DNA from: Fonticula alba ATCC 38817
Lineage: Eukaryota > Protista > Nucleariida
Assembly (NCBI GenBank): GCA_000388065.2
Contig: KB932201.1
Direction: 5' to 3' (one strand)
DNA length: 16,601 nt
Part shown: positions 1-9,587 of the stretch, piece by piece
Numbering within the stretch: the stretch's first letter is position 1
Layout of the letters: every line of letters begins with the position of its first letter
Notes under the pieces: model-generated
What the model was told of the DNA's origin: nothing
What the model saw: only the letters and a program-made list of their open reading frames with translations
Database searches by the model: none
Made by a program: the position numbers and the translations under genes

Positions 1-134
1 AGAGAGGGGGGGGGAGAGAGAGAGAGAGAGAGAGAGCATGGAGTAGGCCGAGTAAGGTAGGAGGGTGTCAGAGAAGGGAGGCAGGCGCAGGCAAAGCAGG
101 GAGACTGGCGTTGGGGCGACAAACAGACAGGTGA

Positions 135-194
<60 letters not shown>
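1..194. repeat. (GA)n microsatellites (about 15-36 and 135-194)
   Basis: Long AG dinucleotide runs are directly visible. They read as (CT)n on the minus strand, like the intron tracts elsewhere in the window. Confidence 0.95.
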
Positions 195-197
<3 letters not shown>

Positions 198-641
198 CGC
201 ACGATGCGATGTAGCTTGGGGCAGGAGGCGGGATTGACAAGGGAATGGAAGGGGAGAGGGAGAGGGGGAGAGCAAGGGTGGGGAAGGAGGCAGAGGGGGG
301 CAGAAGGTGGGAAACGAGAGGCGAGGAGGGGGATGAAGAGAGGCTACCCGGGGCCCAGGGGCCTGGGGCCGAGGATAGGGTCTGTTCAAACGACGATACC
401 GGCGCCGGTGGCAAGAGGAGAGCCGGATCATTGGAGGAAAAGATTCGGGGGGGGGCGGGGGAGGGGGCGGTGCTCGGACAGGACGCCGGGGCCTTGCAAG
501 GTCACTGGACCCCTCGGAAACCGAGAGTCCGCCTGGCCGCCTGCAGGCCCCTGATGCGATACACCCGTGGGGGTCGGGCGGGGGGGGGGGGACATGAGCA
601 GCCCTGGATCGAAGAGGATGAAAACAATGCCCCGCCCTCAC

Positions 642-1127
642 GGTGCACGGGGGCCGGAGAGGCGGGGTCGAGCCTCAATGTCCCGTCCTCCCTGATCTGG
701 GCGCCCTCCGGCCTGGGCGGCGGGAGCGACCGCGCCCCCTGGCCGAGGCGTGTGTGTATGAGAGAAAGAGACAGAGAGAGAGAGAGAGAGAGAATTTAAA
801 ACGCCCAGCAGTGGCAGGCGCGCGAGAACCGCCTCCCGTCTGCCCCCCCGCGCTCCCAGTCGCCCCTCCTTCCCCGTCCCCCCCCCCCCCTCCCCGGGGG
901 GCTGACAGAGGGAACAAGAAGGGGGAGGGTTGTGCGGGGGACGCCGGGGAATCAGACAGGGGCCAGCCCTGCGCAGCGGCCGCCACGGCGGCTTGATGGT
1001 GGGGGGCGGGACCGCCGTCTCATGGGCACATACCCCCGCCTGCGCCGCAGCCAAGAGGGGGAGGCAGGTGGCGGGGGGAGTTCCACGAAAAGCCCCGAAA
1101 CTGGGGGCCTGGGCGCTGGCGAGGCCA
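642..1127 (-). CDS. Possible internal exons of a hypothetical minus-strand gene (exons 1127-1034 and 738-642); gene ends not resolved
   Basis: On the minus strand, a pyrimidine tract plus GCACAG acceptor precedes 1127 and a GTATGT donor lies at 1033. A (CT)n tract plus GGCCAG acceptor precedes 738 and a GTGAGG donor lies at 641. The phases join to give ...GLASAQAPSFGAFRGTPPATCLPLLAAAQAG|GARSLPPPRPEGAQIREDGTLRLDPASPAPVH. No family recognised. Confidence 0.3.
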
Positions 1128-2013
1128 CTGTGCGGGTACAAAAAAGGGAGGGAGGACACTCTGCTCTCCTGCGCGGCAGGATAGCCCCTGGACTGGTGGA
1201 GGCTCTTGAAAAATGCCGAATTAAATAATACCCGAATCTTTGACCAGCCCCTGGAGTGCTGTACGGGCAAGGAAGGGGCGAGGCCCTGGAACTCCACTTG
1301 TCATGGCAAGCCCCACCTGCCATCCTGAGTGCAGACTGTGGCGGGTTGATCCTCTTGTCCCCTCCCCTCATCCGTTGCCCGGCCTCTCTTGCTCAGTCTC
1401 TCTCTCTCTCTCTCTGGGCCTGTGTCGGCCGCTCCCGATCCTGTCTTCCAGTTCCCCCCGTCCGATCCTTGACCACCGAGGGCAGCTCGCCAAGCAGGCA
1501 TCGGGTCGCTGTCGGGCTGCAGCCCGGCAGCGGAGACTGGCCTCCGGTGTGCCTCGGAGCCGAACAGAGAGGCCCAGCGTTTGCCCTCCTTCCTGCCTCG
1601 CCCTTGCGACCCTTGTCTCGAGCCTGCTCTTGAGGGCACTGAGCCCGTCAAGCTCTCTTTGTCGGTCTGGCGTCCGCCGGGGTGTTCATCCCACTTGGGA
1701 CACGGTGGAGGGAGAACTGGCGAGAGCGAGAGGATCCTACCCCCTACCCCCCCTGCCTTAGAGGAAGCATCCAGCCGCCAAAGAGCGCGGAGCCCCGCAC
1801 AGGGAGAGGAACCGAGAGCCAGGTCCAGCGGCCGGCAATGCTGGCGTGCTCGGGTGCATGCCAAGCATTCTGCTTGGCAATTTGGCGTTTCATTCTCCAC
1901 TCCAGTGCGGGTGTCGGTGTTCCCGACCACTTGTGTGTGCTCCCCCCATCAGCGAGGGCCTGCCAGAAGCACATTTGACCGCATTCCCCCCTGCATCGCC
2001 CTCCCCCCCCCCC

Positions 2014-2063
2014 NNNNNNNNNNNNNNNNNNNNNNNNNNNNNNNNNNNNNNNNNNNNNNNNNN
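2014..2063. other. Assembly gap (50 N) next to a poly-C run
   Basis: Run of 50 N characters. Confidence 1.
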
Positions 2064-2844
2064 AGCGGGCAGGCACTTGACCTTCGAAGTGCCGACGAAT
2101 ATTCGCCTCCGTGATGAGGCGATCACGGGAATCGTGTGCCGACGCATGCCCTTTTCCTTCAGGGGCGGGAGGCCTCCGTATTTTGCTGCTGGCGAGGGGG
2201 GGGGGGGGGGTGCACCATAACCCCTCCTCCCCCCCTTTTCGTTGTCCTCGCCCTCCGTACGGACCGGTGCCCGTGCCCGCCCTACCGATCAGCAAGAAAG
2301 CCCTTTTCCGCCCGGCGGCCCCGGTTCTCGGCGCCGGCCCAGCAGGGAGGGCCAGGTCTGCCCCTGGCGGGCGGTCATTCTGGACCTTGTTGACCGCGCC
2401 CCTGGGGTCTTGAGTGAGGGGGCCTGTGGTTGGCTTTAGCCGCTTGTTTTTTTTCCCCCCCTCCCCGTCTTCGCAGGGGCCGGAGGCAGGGGCCTCCCTT
2501 CCCCCTCCAACCGCTGCCGTGTCATCCTCTCAAGATCTCCACATACCGAGCATCCCCTTCGCCCGTCCCTCCACGCACAAGGCGAACCATCCTCGTGCCC
2601 AGTCGCCGGTGCTGGTTGTTACCCCGCGCCTTTCACCCCCCCCCCCCTCCTCCCCATCCTGATCCACCCTTAATATCCTCCTCCTGGCGCAGCCCAGGTC
2701 CGGATCGCCCCTCTTCCCTCGCCGTTTCTCGTTTCCTCGTCCTTTCCCCTGCGCCTCCTTTGGTCTCCTCCCCCTTCCCCCTCCCTTGTCTCCTCGCCGG
2801 TTGTCAGCTGGTCGCGGATCTCGGTCCTATCCGCTTCACGTGCC

Positions 2845-5689
2845 ATGTCTTGCCTGTCTATCCAGCCGGACCCTCTGTTTAAGCCGCTCATCTCCTATGT
2901 CCTCCTGGCGGAGTTCGACATTGACAAGGGGTCGGTCTTGAGTTCGCAGTATCCTTCTGAGACCGGTGTTGATGTGCAGTGCGTTGCTCGCCCTTGACCA
3001 TGTGGCGTGTGTCTGTGTGCCTGGACCATTGTGGCCACAGGCGCACATGCGCCCAACCATTCACACGCGCACGCGCACATTTGCCCGCGCACGCCGGCGT
3101 CTCCGACCTCCTCTCACACGCGTTTTACCTCTTCCCCAGACTCCTGGCAGAGCTGATGCTTCCCGACGGAGCGCACAACCGCGAGCAGGATTGGACCACC
3201 TTCGGGCTGAACTTGCCCCACATTGTGCGCGCTGAGCAGGCGCGCGAGGCGGCCAAGACTTCTTCCAGCGGATCTGATGCCAACGGCACCACGGGCAAGT
3301 CCCTTGCCGAGCAGGCCTCCGACCGGCTGACCCAGGCCGCCGAGCGTCTGGCACATGCGCGCGAGGTGGTCCTCCAGTTCCTGAAGGAGCGGGACCTGCT
3401 CCCTCCTCCACCGGAGCCTGCCCCACCGGCTGTCGGGTATGCACTGTCCTTTCCCTGAATGGCCGCTGTGGACATCTGCAACGCATTATCTGCCTCTCTG
3501 ACGCGCATGTACCTTCACACCCACCCGCCCCCACCCGCACCGGAAAACTCATTGGCCTGCCTGCCCAAGCTATGTGGCGCGCATCGATTGTGTGGTGTAT
3601 CAGTACACCGAGTCTAGCCAGGGTATGTATATATATATATCTCCCCCTCTCCCTCCCTCCTGCGCTACCAAACCCCCACACACTCTTTCTTTCCGTCTCC
3701 CTCCTTTCCGTTGATGGAAGTGCGATTTGACTAAGCATCCCCGCCTTGGCCCGATGTGTCCCCATCAAACAGACTGGGAGCCCCTGCACAATGATCGGAT
3801 TCCAGTTCGGCTCTCCAACACCAAGATCCAGATTGGCCCACCCATTGACATCGACAGTTTCCCGGCCATCGATATCCCGGCCGGATCGGCCATCCAGTTT
3901 CAGCAGATGGAGCCGCTGTATGATGTCATCATCACAGACTCCGCGGCGTATGGCATGCGCTTTGTTTCCGAGGGCGACGAGGTTGCCTTCCTCTCTGCTC
4001 TGAGTGCCTTCTCCTCGGGCAATCCCATGCCCCCGCCCGGCCTCTATGCCGACCCCCATATGAATCCCCCCCCGCCGGCCCCGTCCTCCCTTTATGAGAG
4101 TCTGACGATCGGCGGTGTGATCACCTCCCTGTCTCCTTTGACCATCGACCGGGCGGCCCTGCCGGAGAATGTGGCCGACGAAATGGCCCCCTCGCTGGCT
4201 GATCTCGGAGATGCGGAGTCGGCCTTGCGGTCGGCCGAAGCGGCCATTGCCGCCGAAGCGGCCAGCCGTGCTGCCGTGGCCAGCTCCTCCGGCCCGTCTG
4301 AGCTGGACCTCGGTGCGTACGGTGTCGTGTCAGGGCCGCGTACATTGTCGTGCCTGGACTCCCTCTTCCGGAAGGAATCACCTCCTCCCAATGTGGCCCT
4401 CTTTCCTGCCCCGTCTTTCACCCCTCTCACCTTTGCCCCGGTCCTCCCCTTATTTATGCACTTTTCTTCTCGCTCTACCACGGGTTCCCCTTTCTCCTCT
4501 TCCCCCCCCCCCCTCTCTCTCTCTCGCTGCCCTCCCCCCTCTCACCCCTGGCTATCTAGACTCTAGTGCCCCTTTCCTGCACGCGTTCAACATTGTCCGC
4601 ACCAAGCAGGTTCCCGGGGCCCGGCGTGGCGCGCGGACCAAAGCCCTGGCCGTGTGCACAAGGCACCCCTTCGGCCATGTGTGGCGGCCGCTGCTGTTGT
4701 TGGCACTGGAGAAGTTCTTCGACACGAATGACACATCCGTCCTGAAGGATGTCTACGATGCGGTGAATGCAATTGATCTGGAGGCCCTTGGGGCGCCACG
4801 ACTGACACCGTTGCACCGACGCCTCCTGCGGGCTGTCAGCGATGCGACAGCCATCGCAGCGGTCCTTGGCTTTGGTGCTGGACGGAAGCCCGCCACCTCG
4901 GGGGAGAATTCCGGCGAATTGGCATCCCCTGCGGCGCCCATCAGCGCGGCCGCCACCACCTATTCGATGCAGGCCGACCCGACATACTTCCTGACGCAAG
5001 TCCGCTTCTCGGGCATCGATCTACCAATCCGCATCCCCCTGACGACCATGCCGGATGAGGTTGGCGACGTGCGTCCCCCCCCCCCCCCTCCCGCGCTTCC
5101 CCTTTGATCACTGCGCCTTCTCTATGGTCTTTCCTTTGCTGACCGTGCGGTCCTTCGTGGCCCGACATCTCACTTGCTGTCTTGTGGTGGATGTTAGTTT
5201 TCTCTCATCGAGCTGATCCAAAAGTTCGGTCATTCGACCGTGGGCAAGGGCGAGAATGGTATCATGGCCATCTTCAACGGTATGGTGATCGCGCAAGAGC
5301 CCCACCAAGCGGCGACAGAACAGAAGAAAAATAAGCCAACACACAGCGCACGCATCCATTGGTAGCCGGGGGTGTCCTTGTTTTTCCTGACACCCTTCCC
5401 CTGATCTCTGTCCTCTCGAACCAGCCCTCCTTCGCCAGCAGCGCATTCTCTTCGTCGGATACCAGCGCCCGGCGTCCGAAGTGTCGAACCTGGCGCTGGC
5501 TGCGTGTGCGATGCTGGCGCCCACCCTGCGTGGTTTTGCTCGCCGTGCCTTCCCCTATTCCAATCTCACCAATTTGGATGGCATGCTGCTGGTGTGCGTG
5601 TGGCGATCTGCCATCCTCCCTTGTTGTCCAGATGTTCTTGTGTGCATCTGTATGTCGCACCATCTGTCCAGTACTGATCCCCCCCCCCC

Positions 5690-5743
<54 letters not shown>

Positions 5744-7148
5744 CACATATGCCCACGCGCCCTGCAGCCCTGGCTACATTGCCGGTGTCTCGAATCCCAT
5801 CTTTGAGGACATGGAGAAGCGGTGGGATCTTCTGTGCAATGTGAACACCGGGCAGGTGCGCTATGCTACGCACCTGCTGACTGCGGCCCAGGCTGGGCCC
5901 AGTGCCAGTGCTTCTGGCTCCCTCGATCATGCCTATGGCTCCATGGCCAGTGGAGATGGCCAGCCCGGTGGGTCCCTGTCAGCACCGATTTCCCCGGCCC
6001 CGGTGGCCGGGTCGGCAGATGCGGTTGGTGGTGGTGCCGAGCCGCATGTGCCTCTGGACAATGCCTTCATCAAGGAGGTCCTGCTGGCGGTACAATCCCA
6101 CCAATCCGAGGCGCAGATCCGTGCCAAGTTTGACGCCTACACCAGTGCCCTCATCTCTCAGGCCTTTGATGAGGGGGAGTTCCGGGACAATAGCGAGGCC
6201 AAGCGCACGCTGGCCGCCAATCGCCGGCGCCTGGATGCCTGGAAGGCCAATTCCGAGAGCTATCGCTTCTATGTCGAGGTGCGTTTGGCCGGACTGTCAG
6301 CCTGCCAGAGGGGCAGTCTCTTGTCCTCCCTTGTCACATTCCCCTTCCTGCCTCGTGCTCGGGTCTCGCATGGGGGGACCTGTCCGGCCGTTGTGCTGAC
6401 TTGCCTGCGGGCCATTGTTGTTTCTTTCCTTGTCCCATCCGTACACCACCCAACGCCCGCTTGAAACGCCACAGGATCGCGAGACCTGGGCCAAGACCCG
6501 GCCCATTCGCGAGCTGAATGTCGAGCGCCTCATCCGGAAGCTGCGCATCCGTGCCGTCATCCCGGAGGCCGAGCTCGTGACCACCCTCGAGTCGCTGGTC
6601 CGGTCCATTGACACTGATGACAAGCTGCTTGAGGTGCGCTGTCGGCATCTTGTCCTCCTTGTCGCCTGCCCCATGCATTGCCTGCTCCACTGGAATCCTC
6701 TATTCTCCCCTGCCTCTACATCTCTTTCTGTTTCTCTCTGTCTCTCTCTGTTTCTCTCTGTTTCTCTCTGTCTCTCTCTGTCTCTCTCTGTCTCTCTCTG
6801 TCTCTCTCTGTCTCTCTCGCTCTCTCACACACACACAACAACCTGACGATGAGACAGCTCCTGTCTTACCTCCCGGAGTATGATGGTGGCCTCTTCCCCT
6901 TGGGGGTGTCGCTTTACCATCCATCGGAGTCGGTGCGCCGGGCGACGGTCCAGCTGTTTGCCCGGATTGACCAGCTTCACCCTGCTTCGCGACTGCGCGA
7001 ATCCGAGTCTCCGGATCTAGCCCGGCAGGGTCCGGCCGGTGGCGCCGGTGGCGCTGGCGGGGCCGCTCCCACAAGCACCGGCTTCATCGCGGGCATGAAC
7101 CACTTCCTCTGGCTGGCCTACGAGCGCAATCGGAACCTGCTGCTGTGA
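2845..7148 (+). CDS. AFI1: Afi1/MesA-like DENN-related polarity protein (Afi1 N-terminal docking domain plus SPA, stabilization-of-polarity-axis, domain), 914 aa; join(2845-2978,3140-3436,3570-3622,3773-4312,4560-5068,5198-5279,5425-5593,5768-6278,6475-6633,6858-7148)
   Basis: All 9 introns are GT..AG with matching phases; the CDS totals 2745 nt and ends in TGA. Family motifs recognised from memory: ISYVLLAEFDIDKGSVLSSQYP; LLAELMLPDGAHNREQDWT; FNIVRTK..GARRGARTKALAV; EVGDFSLIELIQKF; NALLRQQRILFVG..ASEVSNLALAACAM..LRGFARRAFPYSNL; VPGYIAGVSNPIFE..RWDLLCN; LLSYLPEYDGGLFPLGVSLYHPSESVR. Confidence 0.88.
3570..4010 (+). other. EVH1/WH1-like (PH-fold) domain inserted in the Afi1/MesA-like protein (exon 3 and the 5' part of exon 4)
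   Basis: Spliced translation gives VARIDCVVYQYTESSQDWEPL...AIDIPAGSAIQFQQMEPLYDVIITDSAAYGMRFVSEGDEVAFLSAL. By eye this matches the Ena/VASP EVH1 pattern (ARAAVMVYDDANKKWVP...[43 protein letters not shown]). Not confirmed by an HMM search. Confidence 0.65.
5679..5736 (+). repeat. Poly-C run followed by a (CA)n microsatellite in AFI1 intron 7
   Basis: C14 (5679-5692) followed by about 22 AC units. Confidence 0.95.
6721..6818 (+). repeat. 10-bp-period (TYTCTCTCTG)n tandem repeat, about 10 copies, in AFI1 intron 9
   Basis: Consecutive decamers tttctctctg / tctctctctg. Confidence 0.9.
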
Positions 7149-7753
7149 AAGAAGAAACCTGACGCACAAGGCGGCAGCAGGGAGTCACGCGGCTCTTTCC
7201 TCGCCCGCCTCTCCTTCTTTCGCTCCTGGCATTTCTCATTCCCCGCCCCCCGGCGACTTTCTCCCCGGCGTCCCCTTGCTTGGCGTGTGGGACTTCCTGG
7301 TCCCGGCGGCAACTGCCGACGAAGGGACAAATAGACTATCGACATACATTTCCGCCAGCGTGGGCAAATATCGAACGTGCCGCGCGTGCAAGTGCCGACG
7401 CTTGCAGTGCCGCGCGGATTTCCCGGAGTCTCCCGGGGCGCGGGCGAGGGCGAGGGGGACATGCGGCCCTCCCGTCCAGGGGGGGGGGGGGGGGAGGGAG
7501 AAACAAAGAGCGGGGTGTGCCGAGATCCCGCGCGCGCCGGGTGGGCCACCTGCGCCGGAGTATTTTTCCGCCGCACGGGCGCCCTGACCAGGGCAGTGGC
7601 ACACACCCCCACCCAATTCCTCCCCCGCCTCTCCTTCCGTCTGTCGCCACCCGGTTTTGCCCCCCCCCTCTCTCTCTCTCTCCCTCCCTCTCTCCATCCT
7701 CTCCCTCCCTTCCATCTGTTGTTTGCACGGGCACCTACATCTACCCACGAAAT

Positions 7754-9556
7754 ATGTCTGCTCCGGCGGCTAAGAAGCGCGGCCTCTCCTCGCAGGCTGG
7801 CGCCTCACCCGCGGCCAAGCGCCAGGCCATTGCTGGCGCCGGCGCAACCAAGCCCAAGCGCCTGTCGCCCGAGGATTTCGTCGCCCTCTCAAAGGAGATC
7901 CAGGAGATCGTGTCCGCTGTGCGCCAGGACAAGCGCGAGCTCAACCGCCTTGTTCGGCTGGAGGGGCTTTGCAAGGTACATGCCGCGCGTACTTCGCACA
8001 TCCTTCGTGTGCTTACCACGGCCATCGTGTCTCTCCGGCCGGAACTGACCTATCTGCATTGGATCCAGCACAACAACTCTCGCGTGGCGCACGCAGCCAT
8101 CGAGGCCTCCGTGGGCTTCTTCTCGCAGTTCATCGGGACTCTGCACCGGGAGAGCAGCACCCTGGCGCTGGCCTCCAGCCGCGAGAAGAAGGCTGACACC
8201 ACCAATGCCAAGGACAACCAGCTGCACGATGCGGCCAACCGAGTTCTGTCTTGGACCCGGGACCGGTACCAGGTGTATGTCAACCTCCTGGTGGCCCAGT
8301 GTGCCGGGGGCGCCGAGGCTGACATCCTGTGCTGCCTGCCGGTGCTGATGCAGCTCCTGTCGATCGAAACGCAGGCGGCCTCCGAGAAGGCCAGCGCGTC
8401 GATTGCCCAAGCCGAGGCGGCAAAGTCCGGCGGCACCAAGTCCAAGACCCAGCTCGCGTCGTCGGGGGTGTTTGTTTTCTCCGGCGACCTCTTGGATCAG
8501 GCCATGGAGGCTGTCCTCTCGCACACTTCCGGCCAGCCGATGGCAGAGGCTGTCACCAAGATGCTGGTTGAGCGGTACCTGGCGTACCCGGACCTGCGCT
8601 ACTTCATGCTTCGGTCGTTGCGGTATGTCGGCCACAGCCGGTCGGCCAGCTTGCCTTTCCTTTCGGTTCTTGGGCTGGGCCAACTCCTCGAATGCCACTC
8701 ATCCCCCCTTCCCCCCCCCCCCCCCCCACTAATTTTCTCCTCTCATGCTGCATCTCTTGCCTCGTCTGGCAGTCGCCTGATCAACCGTCGGCTCGAGTCT
8801 GCCGGTCCGGCTCACGATGTGGACAATGTCACCTTCGCGGCGAATGTCCTGGAGCTCATGCTGCGTGTGCCGATCCCCTCTAAGGATGGCGATCTGATGT
8901 ACTTCTCCGAGTCGATTGGTGTGTTGCTCGTGCCCTTGCTTGTCGCTTCTTCGTCTTCTCCACCCCCTTGCCCCCCCCCCCTCCCCCCCGAGTCTTGAGT
9001 TGTTTTTGTTCATGCTGCATGTCCATCGGGGGTTTGCTGACACAATTCGCCTCTTTTCTTGGCACTGTGGCTCTCAGACAAGTCCACCCGCGAGAAGGTC
9101 AAGAAGGACCTGCGCAGCGTTTATTCGCTTGCTTGGTTCGCCACAGTTCGGCTGCCGCATTCGCCGCCCGACCTGCGCCGAATGCTTGGAGCCCTGCCGC
9201 GTCAGGTGTACCCCCATCTGACGGGGCTTACGCCGCTGGTGGACTTCCTGACTGAGCTCTTCACCAAGACCAGCTCGCGCACCGACACGACCAATGCCTC
9301 CGGCGTGCTGGCCCTCCTGAGTCTGGACAGTATCTACATCCTCATGCTCAAGCACAACATCGAGTATCCGGACTTCTACAACCGCCTGTACTCTCTGTGT
9401 GATGACCGCCTGCCGCGGTTGAAGTACCGCGCGCGCTTCCTGACCCTGACGGATCTGTACCTGCAGTCTCCGTGCGTGCTGCCTCCCTGCCTCGCCTTCG
9501 CATTTTTAGTCAGTCCCCTTCCAAAGCAGACACGCACATATGCTGACACCATGGCT

Positions 9557-9587
<31 letters not shown>

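Noticed and set aside
1240-2013. Overlapping ORFs on both strands before the gap
   Set aside because: I could not build a consistent splice model or find a recognisable motif, so no gene is called.
2949-2956. GTATCCTT, a perfect U12-type 5' splice-site consensus
   Set aside because: It lies within conserved coding sequence (QYPS) of AFI1 exon 1, I saw no U12 branch point, and the GT-AG model with donor 2979 restores the conserved protein.
7280-7753. N-terminal extension of the 572-aa ORF upstream of the NOC4 ATG
   Set aside because: It starts at a non-ATG codon and runs through G-run and CT-repeat intergenic DNA. The ATG at 7754 gives a plausible basic N-terminus.
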